Below are positions 1 through 9,422 of a stretch of DNA of 64,000 nt, in pieces. This DNA is from a bacterium (lineage in GTDB: Bacteria > SAR324 > XYD2-FULL-50-16): contig JAVVEA010000001.1 in the NCBI GenBank assembly GCA_032250835.1, positions 512,001-576,000 of the forward strand, given 5' to 3'. Position 1 is the first letter of the stretch; every line of letters begins with the position of its first letter. The translations under genes were made by a program, and so were the position numbers. Below the pieces are notes generated by a model that had not been told where the DNA came from, did not search any database, and saw only the letters and a list, made by a program, of their open reading frames with translations.

Positions 1-190
1 CTTGAGCAACCTCAAGCCCGCAATCATTGAAAAAGGTGCCAATCAGGGTAAGCCGAGCAAGGCGAATTATGTCCTAACCGATGGCATCCAAGCAACGGCC
101 CGCCAGCAGGTCGCTGGATTATTAAACCAATTCCCGCTCTATCCCGAGCTGGACCTGGACTTTTTGCTTAAGCCCTGGGGCTTGAAGTAA
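1..190 (+). CDS. glyA: 3' end of probable serine hydroxymethyltransferase (partial, window edge)
   Basis: C-terminal ...KPSKANYVL...LLNQFPLYPELDL resembles the tail of long-form GlyA; followed by a strong terminator. Confidence 0.55.
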   Translation, partial: LSNLKPAIIEKGANQGKPSKANYVLTDGIQATARQQVAGLLNQFPLYPELDLDFLLKPWGLK

Positions 191-197
191 GAAATTA

Positions 198-227
198 AGG
201 CCCGCCGCAATGGCGGGCCTTTTTTTA
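198..227 (+). terminator. Rho-independent terminator
   Basis: aaggcccgcc-gcaat-ggcgggcctt hairpin followed by a T tract, just after the stop at 190. Confidence 0.9.
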
Positions 228-618
228 CCCCGCCTAAAGATTTTCTACCCAAGGCCCCCCCAAAAACATTCCCCGATATTGCCCAATTTTTTCCTTCTGG
301 ATTCCACCGACCGGGCAAAATGGGCTTCTTTTTTTCCTTTATCGCGCTAGGCCTGTCCGTTCTGTCTGACAAAACAGGTTCTTTTTAGGGCTAAACCCCT
401 AGAATGCACCTTCTCTGCGGCCCCTAAATACGGCTATCTAGAGAGGGTAATCCGTAGTAATACCGACCGCAAACAAGCCATGGATCGGGTTTTAGGTAAT
501 TCTACGAATTGCTATATTAACCAATTTTGACCAAAATTATTCTAGCCTGTACTAGGTCAGTAGTTTACCCTAAGCACCAAGGTTGTCCGACTCCTGCACC
601 TCCGTCGAGCTCCAAATT

Positions 619-2367
619 ATGTTAAAAAAAGCTGAACCCAGTTTAACACCGGAACGCGTCATCAGGCGGGGCCTCAACTACTTCCACAAAGAGGCCTATG
701 CTGAAGCGAGCCATTACTTCAGCAAGTCCTTCGCCCAACTGAACCCCAAACAAAGCGGCGAGCTCCGCGACCAACTTCAAATCCATTTCAACGCCGCCGT
801 AAAAGCGCGCCGATGGGCCGAAGCCGCTGCCGTTGGGGTCCCCTTATTCGAGGCTTTTGCCAAGGACTTTGAGTTGGCCAACCGGGTGGGCAATGCCTAC
901 CGTCGTCAGAATATGACCGACCTAGCGGCGGATTGGTATCAAAAGGCATTAGAGCTCAACCCTCGCTACCTAATGCCCCGCTACAACTTGGCTGCCCTAG
1001 ACGCCCAGGTAGACAAATACGACCACGAAGCCAAGGCCCTCTTGGAGCGTTTTTCTAAGGTACGCGAGTTTTTCTTGCCCGGCTATCTGGGCAGCGAAGA
1101 CCCCATCACCGAACTACGTGCCTCCTTAGAAAAGACCCAACGCACCGAACAGGTCGAGCAGCTCACCGAACAAATCCGCAAAAAGGCGCTTAGCGGCTCC
1201 CTCGAAGAGATTGAAGAGGCGCTTGCGCTTTGCGGTCAAGCCGACGAGTTAGAAACCGCCCCCTTTGAGGCGGGAGTAGCCGAAATGATTGATTGCCTGT
1301 CCAAGCGAGCCCATAGCTGTCTGTTTCTGACCCCGAGCAATCCCGCTTTCCGTACTTTAGAAAGTAACTTGGTCAACCTGGGGCTTTATGCGATGAAGCA
1401 TCAGGAAATCGAGCAGGCCGTTGAAGCCTTGGAGCAGATTAAAGCTAAAGAAAGCAACTACGCCTACTTAGACATGCTGCTGAGCCTCTGCAAAGCGCGC
1501 CAAGGGCGCATGGAGGAAGCGGCCAATGACCTAAAAATCCTGGCTGAAACTCACTCAGAAGACCGCTACATCAACGCAAACTTAGGTTTGCTTTATAAAG
1601 AAATGGGCAATAAGCGCGCTGCAACCCGTTATCTGATGCGCGCTTCGGCTTCCGTAGAAGAGACCGAAGGGATATTTTGCCCCACCGAACTCAAAGAGCG
1701 GGCCTTGCAGTTAAACGCCGATGGTCATTCCGACACCGCCTTAGAGTACCTAACGGTCTCGGTCCAGCACCTACCGAGGGTCGAGACTTGGTTGGCCTTG
1801 GCTTCGGTGAGCTTAGACGCCGGTCAATTGGTGATGGCCGAGGATGCGTTGGTCCAAGCGACCGCCCTCGCCGAAGGACCCAAAGGACCTGACAAAAAGG
1901 TGCTCGAAGAGGCCTGCCGCATCCTGCACAACAAAGCCGACCAACTGCGCCGCGCCAACCGCCTCCCAGAAGCGGCTCAGGCATACGTGCTCTCGGCTAG
2001 GTACTCAAAGGAACTGCCTCAATTTGAGCGGGCCATCAAACTTTTCCGCAATCTCGAAGACAATGCGCAGGCCGGAAAGGTAGAAAAAGAAATGTACGAG
2101 ATGCAGGCACAACTTCTAAAAGACGCCTCTAACAACCGCTTTGACAATTTGATGAGTGAGGGCCGCGAAGCCCTGAGCAACAAAGATTACCAGAAAGCGA
2201 TCACCGCTTTCGAAAACGCCTTAGAGGCCCAACCGGACCGGCAGGCCTTCGGGTATCTGGTTAAAATCTACCAAAAGCTAAACCACAAGCGGGCCCTTAA
2301 CCGGCTGCTGCAAAACTGGAAGTGGATCACAGAAAAGGGACCGGGGTCCGAAGAATTGGCCTCTTAA
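619..2367 (+). CDS. Tetratricopeptide-repeat protein
   Basis: Several TPR-like helices (GNAYRRQ...A..WYQKALELNP; NLGLLYKEMG; A...FENALEAQP); ATG at 619 preferred to TTG at 583. Confidence 0.8.
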   Translation: MLKKAEPSLTPERVIRRGLNYFHKEAYAEASHYFSKSFAQLNPKQSGELRDQLQIHFNAAVKARRWAEAAAVGVPLFEAFAKDFELANRVGNAYRRQNMTDLAADWYQKALELNPRYLMPRYNLAALDAQVDKYDHEAKALLERFSKVREFFLPGYLGSEDPITELRASLEKTQRTEQVEQLTEQIRKKALSGSLEEIEEALALCGQADELETAPFEAGVAEMIDCLSKRAHSCLFLTPSNPAFRTLESNLVNLGLYAMKHQEIEQAVEALEQIKAKESNYAYLDMLLSLCKARQGRMEEAANDLKILAETHSEDRYINANLGLLYKEMGNKRAATRYLMRASASVEETEGIFCPTELKERALQLNADGHSDTALEYLTVSVQHLPRVETWLALASVSLDAGQLVMAEDALVQATALAEGPKGPDKKVLEEACRILHNKADQLRRANRLPEAAQAYVLSARYSKELPQFERAIKLFRNLEDNAQAGKVEKEMYEMQAQLLKDASNNRFDNLMSEGREALSNKDYQKAITAFENALEAQPDRQAFGYLVKIYQKLNHKRALNRLLQNWKWITEKGPGSEELAS

Positions 2368-2725
2368 GAATAGGTGCTCGGGAGAGGAGGTGGCCGGGCG
2401 GCCGATTCAGGCACTAGGCCCCGCCAGCGAGGCTTGTGCGGTTTTCTGAGTGAAGGCTTCGCCCTGGCGGCATCCCGCACCATGGGGTGCGCTAGTCTAG
2501 CGCGCCGAAGGCTACCGCGCCCTCTCGTGAGCCAGAATCCAACGGCCTGCCTTTTAAAAGCTACCCAATCGTTAACTTAAATCCAGCTTAGGCCCATTGC
2601 CCTAGAGCGGGCATAGCCCAAAGCCAGCTTGGCAGCGAAAAACGCTGGTGGGCCCTTATGGGTAAAGCCGTGAGGGATCGGGCTTAAAGGATTTCGCAGC
2701 AATTAGGCCCAGGCGGAGCAAAACG

Positions 2726-4408
2726 CTAAAGCTTGCCTTCTTTTTCCAAGATGGCGTCCATAGCCGGGGCTAGGTTGCGTTGGATGATGCGGATTTGGCC
2801 CTCTTGGCGGCTTAGGTGCTGCACCGAAAAGCGCTCAACTAAAACCAACAGGTTGTAATAGGGCCGCAGTTCCGGCCGAGCGATGGCGTCGGGGCCAAGG
2901 TTGTAGAAATTGGCCCCCATCTCGCTTAAAATCCGTTCGGCCTCAAAGGCCTGGCGGATCAGCAAGAAGCATAACATCACATCACCAAAGAGGTCGGCAA
3001 TCGCCCCACAGTTGACGATGTCTGCCTGGGGATTTTTGCCTTCTTCGGGATCTAAGAGGTCGTTGACCAGCAGAAACAACCCGCCAGCAAAATCCCGGAA
3101 GATCATCACCGCCTCCTTGAGGCCGTCGCTTTTGGCTTCGCTGTCGCCGAAGCGCTCAAACTCACGGAATAGGCTCTTGAAAGCGCGCCCCTCGTTGCGT
3201 TTGAGGACTTTGGTGACCAGTTGTAAAGCCAAGTCCAGATCGGACCCACCGACCAGTCCGGCCACCGTCGAGAGTTCCAAGGGCCCCAACAGGTCTAACT
3301 GGGCCCCGCCGGTCAACTGTAAAGCTTTGTGTAGCATGTTGGGCACATGGCGGCCCGCGTAGACTTTAAAGACCAGCAAAAACAACTCCAGCAGGTCTTC
3401 ATACTCCGCCTGAGCTTCGCCGGTCGCTTCCTTCAAACAATCATGGTAAAAGGCGGTCTGGAGCAAAGCGCCGGTCATCCCTTCGCGGAAGGCCTTCAGC
3501 TCCATCAGAATATCCCCCGCCAAGGGATGGTACAGTAAGGCAACTTCCCGTTCATCTTCGGACATATCCTGGATCAAACGGCTCTGGCCAAAGGCCAAGG
3601 CCGTTTTATAGGCCTTTGAAGCGAGGCATGACTGCAATAATAACAGCTGCATCCGCGCCTTGACAAACAACTGGCTGTCCACGCCGTCTTCAACGTATTC
3701 CAAAAACCGCGCCGGAGCCCGATCCGCAAAGTCCACGTGCGCCGTTCCGGGACCGTAAAGTAAGGGGTCTTGAACCAGCTGAGCCCCTTTACCATCACTC
3801 AAAAACAAAGCCGTGCGGTCGCGGCCTTCTTCGGCCAACTCAGCCAAAACCAAATAAATTCGGGGCAAGTTCAGGTCCGCATCTTGACCAAAGAGGCTAT
3901 TTTTCCGCCCCGTCAGCCAATAACCTTGGGTGTCGCGCCGGGCCAACAGGGTGACCTCTAAGGAGCCCAAGGCAGCGGGGAACCAATCGATGGCCGCCAG
4001 CATCTTGCCTTCGGTCAAGGCCTTGACCATCGGGTCTCCGGCACCCAGCAAGGGCGTTAGATAGTCAACGGCCACTAGGTTTTGTAAGATCGTCAGGTAT
4101 AACTTAGGGTCCAACCGAGCCACTTCGCGTTGGTAGAGCTTGACCAAGCTTAAGGGAAGGCTGGGCGAAAGGGCCTGGATCTGGCCGCCGACTTCTTCAA
4201 AAATCAATTTAAGGCGGTTTTCGGGGCGCTGGTCCTTCAGGTCCGCCATCAGGGCCGATAAATTGCCCATAGCCTGTTCCTGCCAAGACTCTAAATCCTT
4301 TAAGGCTTCATCTAGGTTAAAGCCTTCAAAGGAATGAGAGTGGCCGAGTACCTGTAGGTTTAACAGGCGCTGCAAATGAAATTTTGCCCGTTCTTGTCGT
4401 TCGTTCAT
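2726..4408 (-). CDS. Divergent acyl-CoA dehydrogenase-like protein
   Basis: YWLTGRK and IYLVLA middle-domain segments, A..FG..R.Q, KVY...ALQLTGG and a C-terminal ACAD-type helical domain; the TEP..GSD motif is not evident. Confidence 0.6.
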   Translation of the reverse strand: MNERQERAKFHLQRLLNLQVLGHSHSFEGFNLDEALKDLESWQEQAMGNLSALMADLKDQRPENRLKLIFEEVGGQIQALSPSLPLSLVKLYQREVARLDPKLYLTILQNLVAVDYLTPLLGAGDPMVKALTEGKMLAAIDWFPAALGSLEVTLLARRDTQGYWLTGRKNSLFGQDADLNLPRIYLVLAELAEEGRDRTALFLSDGKGAQLVQDPLLYGPGTAHVDFADRAPARFLEYVEDGVDSQLFVKARMQLLLLQSCLASKAYKTALAFGQSRLIQDMSEDEREVALLYHPLAGDILMELKAFREGMTGALLQTAFYHDCLKEATGEAQAEYEDLLELFLLVFKVYAGRHVPNMLHKALQLTGGAQLDLLGPLELSTVAGLVGGSDLDLALQLVTKVLKRNEGRAFKSLFREFERFGDSEAKSDGLKEAVMIFRDFAGGLFLLVNDLLDPEEGKNPQADIVNCGAIADLFGDVMLCFLLIRQAFEAERILSEMGANFYNLGPDAIARPELRPYYNLLVLVERFSVQHLSRQEGQIRIIQRNLAPAMDAILEKEGKL

Positions 4409-4413
4409 TTGCC

Positions 4414-5085
4414 TTAGGGTTGAGTATTTTCCGCTGCTTTCTTTTCGTTTGCGGCGCGTTCTGCTGCGAGTCTTGCTTCGTCTTCAGGGGTGGGGACGAC
4501 TTTACCCTCTTCCATATCTTTTTTACGCTGAGCCCAAGCGCGGACCGCCTCTTCGGCTTTTCGTTTGGCTTCTTCTTCGGTGCGGCGTTTGCGGGCTTCT
4601 GCCTCGTTCTTTTCGGCTTCCAGGTCCACAAATTTCCCGGCATAGGGAACGCGGATCAGTTGGGTTAAATCAAAACGCCAGCTGCGGTCTTTCTCGCCTT
4701 CTAAGATAGCCGAAAGGACCATGTCTTTTAGCAGCTTTCGAGTCGGGTTGATTTTGTTTTCGAACTCCATGCGCACATGGATCGAGGCGTAGTTGCGGTA
4801 GAGAATGTCTAGACTGCGGATATCTTCGGCCTTGAGGCTAGGTTTCCAGCCCAAATCCACCATCCGCTGGGCGAATTCGCCTTTGCTTAAGCGTTGGCGG
4901 CTGGCCCGTTGGCCCGAGTCGTACATCTCAAAGTAAAGCTCTTCTTTCCACATATCCATCAGGTTTTTAAAATCCTGAAGGATCTGTTTGCGGATGACCC
5001 GGGATTCGTAAGGGTTCGGCTCGGCTAGACCAACAGACCAAGGAAGGCTCAGCAACAAAAGTGTCAAGACTGCGGCAGCTCGCAT
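4414..5085 (-). CDS. Secreted hypothetical protein with charged C-terminal tail
   Basis: Signal peptide (LTLLLLSLPWSVGLA); closely spaced between same-strand neighbours. Confidence 0.6.
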   Translation of the reverse strand: MRAAAVLTLLLLSLPWSVGLAEPNPYESRVIRKQILQDFKNLMDMWKEELYFEMYDSGQRASRQRLSKGEFAQRMVDLGWKPSLKAEDIRSLDILYRNYASIHVRMEFENKINPTRKLLKDMVLSAILEGEKDRSWRFDLTQLIRVPYAGKFVDLEAEKNEAEARKRRTEEEAKRKAEEAVRAWAQRKKDMEEGKVVPTPEDEARLAAERAANEKKAAENTQP

Positions 5086-5087
5086 CC

Positions 5088-6833
5088 TCACGCCTCTTCT
5101 TTGGGGTCGCTCAGTTCACCTTGGATCTCCTGCTCGAGCTTCTGCCGATGGCTGCCCTCGGTTGGCACCGGTTTGGCGGTTTGCTTAAAAAATGCCTTCT
5201 GGCTTAAAATGAAGGCATCAAAGAACTTGCCCAGCCACTCCTTTTGCTCGGGCTCCATATACTCAAAGGTATAGCCCCGATCGGTCACTTCCCAAAACTT
5301 TTTCGACTTCACCGCCAAGAGGGCGTCACGATAATAAATGAGTTTGTCGACCGTTTCAGAGCTTAAGTCGTCGATCACCATATCGATCAGTTTCTGGTCA
5401 CCGCCCTTAGAGTAGATGTAAGTAGCCAAGATGATTTGGCTTTTGCGGATCGCCTCAAAGGCCAAGAAATCCTTGGTGGCGTCGATGTTGTCTTCTAGGC
5501 TCATAAAAATGGTCAAGAGCCGGTCTAGATTTTCGACCTTTTTTTCAAAGGCCGTAGCCACCAAACTGCCTAAGTCAAAAGAAGCCGTGAGCATCACAAA
5601 CCACAATCCCTGTTGGAGACAGGTTTCACCGTAATATTTAAAGTAAAAGAGAATCTTCGCACTCTCTTCGGGGCTGTAGTCCATGATCGACTCAGCCAGC
5701 AAGCGGTATTGGTAAAAGAGGTTAAAAATGGCGCGGACATTTTTGTCGTTAACCGAAACGCGGATGAAGGTGTTAAAGAACTGCACCACCAGTTCTAGGG
5801 TTACGTCATCTTGGTTGCGGATGGCCTCTTCGCCCAACAAGCGGGTGTTGCGGGCAATGGCACTGACCGCGTCCGGCATGACGCGGATGGAGTTTTTAAA
5901 AATCAACTCCATGTCCATAAAGGCCTTAGCCTCAACCCATTGTTTCTGTTCGCAGATCTCGTCATAAAAAACCCGAGAAATGCCCACAAAATAATCCGGC
6001 GAGATTTGGAACCAAGCCTCGGGTAGGTCGCGCTTGAGTTCCTGGTAATCTAAGACCATTTCGCGGATTTGGTTGAGCGCCATTAGGCCCAAATTCCGGT
6101 CCATCTGGTTGACCGCCGATAAAGCACTGTCGGTAACCTGCTCGATGGCGTTGGCCATCTCCATCTGGTGCTTTTTGAGCTGTTCGGGGTCTTTGGTTTT
6201 TTGGGCCTCTTGCAACGCCTCATAGGCCGAGCGTTGGATGCTGTGCAATAAGTTGGTGGGCGTCAGGAATTTAAATACATAGAGAAAATAAGGTGCCAAC
6301 AGCGACACCTCGGTCTGTACGATCAGCAGCAACACCAATAAGGCCCAACCGGGGTAAAAATCATCCTTCACCCCGAAGGTCAAAAAGACCGCATAGAGCA
6401 CCGTGCAGACCATCAAGGCGAAGTAGGCACGGTTGATTTGGTCTTCTAAGAAGAGATCGATCAGCCGGGTGCCGTAGCGCTGGGCGGCCAATTGGAGTAC
6501 AATGGCAATCACGGTGATCATGATACCCAAAATCGCCACCGTCAGCTCTACGAAAGGACTGACCGAATCGTAGACATGGACCGGATCGGTGCCCAAGAGG
6601 ACCGAAAAAAAGTGCCCAACCGAAGTGGGCCGCAGATCGATCAGCCCTAAGGCCAGATAGACCACCAGAGTGTTGCCGAATAAAAACGCAAAGGGAACGC
6701 CCCAACGCGAGAAAGCCTTAGCAAAGGTTTCGGGCTCTACCAGCGGCTTGCGCTCTGGCCTACGCGCGATCAAGCTGTCAGCGGGAAGGTGCTCGACGGG
6801 CTCGCTGATCCCTTTGGGGTCGAATGTAGACAT
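5088..6833 (-). CDS. Membrane protein, DUF2254-like
   Basis: N-terminal TM helices with IVLQLAAQRYG.RL..LF motif; large cytoplasmic helical domain. Confidence 0.65.
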   Translation of the reverse strand: MSTFDPKGISEPVEHLPADSLIARRPERKPLVEPETFAKAFSRWGVPFAFLFGNTLVVYLALGLIDLRPTSVGHFFSVLLGTDPVHVYDSVSPFVELTVAILGIMITVIAIVLQLAAQRYGTRLIDLFLEDQINRAYFALMVCTVLYAVFLTFGVKDDFYPGWALLVLLLIVQTEVSLLAPYFLYVFKFLTPTNLLHSIQRSAYEALQEAQKTKDPEQLKKHQMEMANAIEQVTDSALSAVNQMDRNLGLMALNQIREMVLDYQELKRDLPEAWFQISPDYFVGISRVFYDEICEQKQWVEAKAFMDMELIFKNSIRVMPDAVSAIARNTRLLGEEAIRNQDDVTLELVVQFFNTFIRVSVNDKNVRAIFNLFYQYRLLAESIMDYSPEESAKILFYFKYYGETCLQQGLWFVMLTASFDLGSLVATAFEKKVENLDRLLTIFMSLEDNIDATKDFLAFEAIRKSQIILATYIYSKGGDQKLIDMVIDDLSSETVDKLIYYRDALLAVKSKKFWEVTDRGYTFEYMEPEQKEWLGKFFDAFILSQKAFFKQTAKPVPTEGSHRQKLEQEIQGELSDPKEEA

Positions 6834-6873
6834 TGGGTTGTTCAACAGTTGGTTTTCGCCTATAGTCTACCGC

Positions 6874-7089
6874 TTAGGGCTGATAGTCTGGCAGGATCTC
6901 CCAGTACTTGATGGCCCTAAAATTCACCACCTTGCCCGAAAGGAGCCCAAGATGTTCCACCGTATGCCAACGGACTTGATCAATCAAGTATTCTCCGTCG
7001 GGAAAAGAGATTTTCAAAAACCATCGTTCAGCCACTGCTTTGCTCAGCAGCATGCGGTCGTGGGGAACTTCGCCTTGTTTTCGGGTCAT
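6874..7089 (-). CDS. Small protein with probable Sm/Hfq-like fold
   Basis: ERWFLKISFPDGEYLIDQVRW...LGL...VVNFRAIKY aligns by eye with the Hfq Sm1/Sm2 motifs. Confidence 0.45.
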   Translation of the reverse strand: MTRKQGEVPHDRMLLSKAVAERWFLKISFPDGEYLIDQVRWHTVEHLGLLSGKVVNFRAIKYWEILPDYQP

Positions 7090-8488
7090 GGCTTCTAAGT
7101 TGTTGACCGGGCCGGGCCCGGAAATTCGGTTTGACCGTGGTAGCTTAAGTCTTAACGCGCCTAAAGACGATGTTTGGGCGGCTGAGTTGCCTTACTTAAC
7201 CTGGGACGCACGCGCCGGGCTTTACCGCTGCCACGCCCAAGACTACCGTGAACTGGTCCGGTGGTTTTTTAAGGCCCAACAGCCATACCAGGATCATGCC
7301 GCAGACTATAACAAGCTTGCCCTAAAACTGCAAAGCCCCCACCAGCCCCATGATTTCCAGCTAGAGGCCAAGGCCAAATGGGAACAGGCCAAACGAGGCG
7401 TTTGCGTCTTGCCCACCGGTTCGGGCAAAAGCTTTTTGGCCCAGATCATTATGGAGCAACTCGGGCGCAGCAGCTTGATTTTGGCGCCGACCATCGACCT
7501 GATCCTGCAATGGCAAAAAAACCTTTCTGAAGCCTTCGGGATTGAGGTGGGGCTATTGGGCGGCGGGACCTTTGAGGTCAAGGACATCACCGTCAGCACC
7601 TATGACTCGGCCCGCATCCACGCCGAACGTTTAGGGAGTCGCTTCTGCCTGTTGGTTTTTGATGAGTGCCACCACCTCCCCGCGCCGGGAATGGCCGAGA
7701 TGGCCCGGGCCTTCATCGCTCCCTACCGATTGGGCCTAACCGCCACCCCGGTCACCGAACCCGAACGGATCAGCTTAAGCAACGAATTGACCGGGCCGGT
7801 AGTTTACCAGCAACAAATCGACCAGCTTTCGGGCAGCCATCTGGCACCGTACCGAGTCGAGACCTTGGCGGTGGAGTTAAAAGACGACGAACGCGAAGCC
7901 TACGAACACTTCCGCTCCATTTACCTCCAGTTCCGCGAAGGCTTTAACCTGCTCTTTCGCGGCAACACCAACTGGAGCCAGTTTGTGATGCATGCCTACC
8001 GCAGCCCCGAAGGACGCGAAGCGTTAAAAGCCTTCCGCACCCAAAAGGACATTGCCGTTGCCGCCCAAGGTAAATTTGAAGAACTGGCGCGGCTCTTGAT
8101 CAAACACAAGGGTTCTCGTATCCTGATCTTCACCAACGACAACAAAACGGCCTACCGCATCAGCGGACTCTTTCTGTTGCCGTTGATCACCCACGAAACC
8201 AAGGCCAAGGAACGCAAAGAGGTGTTGGCCAAGTTTAAAACCGGTCAATGGCCGGTGCTGGTCAACTCAAGGGTGCTTAACGAAGGGGTGGACGTACCGG
8301 AAGCGGAGATTGCGGTGATCGTCTCGGGCACCGCCACAGTCCGCGAACATGTCCAACGCTTAGGCCGCATCCTGCGTAAACAGGAGGGCAAACAAGCGCT
8401 ACTTTACGAATTGATCACCATCGGCACCACAGAGGTCTATGCCAGCCGCAAACGCCGCGACCACCAAGCCTATGCCCGCTTTACCTGA
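7088..8488 (+). CDS. Superfamily 2 DNA helicase, XPB/Rad25-like
   Basis: Walker A LPTGSGKS, DECHH, LGLTATP, LNEGVDVP, QRLGRILR. Confidence 0.85.
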   Translation: MASKLLTGPGPEIRFDRGSLSLNAPKDDVWAAELPYLTWDARAGLYRCHAQDYRELVRWFFKAQQPYQDHAADYNKLALKLQSPHQPHDFQLEAKAKWEQAKRGVCVLPTGSGKSFLAQIIMEQLGRSSLILAPTIDLILQWQKNLSEAFGIEVGLLGGGTFEVKDITVSTYDSARIHAERLGSRFCLLVFDECHHLPAPGMAEMARAFIAPYRLGLTATPVTEPERISLSNELTGPVVYQQQIDQLSGSHLAPYRVETLAVELKDDEREAYEHFRSIYLQFREGFNLLFRGNTNWSQFVMHAYRSPEGREALKAFRTQKDIAVAAQGKFEELARLLIKHKGSRILIFTNDNKTAYRISGLFLLPLITHETKAKERKEVLAKFKTGQWPVLVNSRVLNEGVDVPEAEIAVIVSGTATVREHVQRLGRILRKQEGKQALLYELITIGTTEVYASRKRRDHQAYARFT

Positions 8489-9422
8489 AGCCTGGGGCGG
8501 CAAGCGTTATTATACGGTCGGCGAGCACTACAAACGGCGCTTTGGGCGCAAGGTGTTTAAAATCGCTTTGAGCGTTTCGCAAAGTTGCCCGAACCGCCAA
8601 AACGATGTCGGGGCCTGCGTCTTCTGCGACGAATGGGGCTCGGCGGGGATCTACGTGCGGCCTCAGCTAGACCTAAGCGCGCAGATGGAGCAGTACAAAG
8701 AGGGCATGAAGAAGCGCTTTAAAGCCCAAGCCTTTTTGGCCTATTTCCAGCCCTACACCAACACCTTCGCCCGCACCAAGGAGCTAGAAGCCCAAATCCG
8801 CTTAGCTCTGGCGGACCCGGAGGTTTTAGGGGTGATCTTGGGCACTAGGCCTGACTGCTTAAACCAAAGCCTCTTTGATTTGCTGCGGGACTTACAAAAA
8901 GAAACCTACGTGAGTGTTGAATTGGGGGTCCAGAGCTTTGATGACGCCGCCCTGACCTTCTTAAACCGGGGCCATGACGCAGCCCAAGCGATCCGGGCCA
9001 TTGAGCGCTTAAAAACCGAAACCCAGGTAGAGGTGGGCGTGCATTTGATCTTAGGATTGCCGGAGGAAAAAGAAACTCAGGTGGTTGCGGCGGCCCAGCG
9101 GATCAACCAACTTCAGGTAGACGACGTGAAGCTGCACAACCTGCATGTGCTCAAAAACACGCCGCTAGAGGCCCTATACAACCAAGGCCAGTTTTTGCCC
9201 TTGGAATTAGAAGACTATGCCTCGTCGGCCGTCACCTTTTTAGAGCATCTTTCGCCCCAAGTTGCCTTGGGCCGGTTAGCCGCCAAGGCGACCCGCGCCG
9301 AAGAATTGATCGCCCCGGCTTGGACGGCCGAAAAGATGCGGCCCATTAGGGTGATCGAACAATTGCTCGAAAGCCGCCAGACCTTTCAAGGTCGGCTTTG
9401 CCCCGAGGCCCCATGGAATTAG
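8472..9422 (+). CDS. Radical SAM protein, TIGR01212 (YhcC/YtqA) family
   Basis: CPNR...CVFC cluster motif, AYFQPYTNT, GTRPDC, VELGVQS, VKLHNLHVLKNT. Confidence 0.9.
   Translation: MPALPEAWGGKRYYTVGEHYKRRFGRKVFKIALSVSQSCPNRQNDVGACVFCDEWGSAGIYVRPQLDLSAQMEQYKEGMKKRFKAQAFLAYFQPYTNTFARTKELEAQIRLALADPEVLGVILGTRPDCLNQSLFDLLRDLQKETYVSVELGVQSFDDAALTFLNRGHDAAQAIRAIERLKTETQVEVGVHLILGLPEEKETQVVAAAQRINQLQVDDVKLHNLHVLKNTPLEALYNQGQFLPLELEDYASSAVTFLEHLSPQVALGRLAAKATRAEELIAPAWTAEKMRPIRVIEQLLESRQTFQGRLCPEAPWN

Noticed and set aside
2374-2725. GC-rich intergenic region and 68-aa ORF between convergent genes
   Set aside because: No recognisable RNA motif, repeat or protein similarity.
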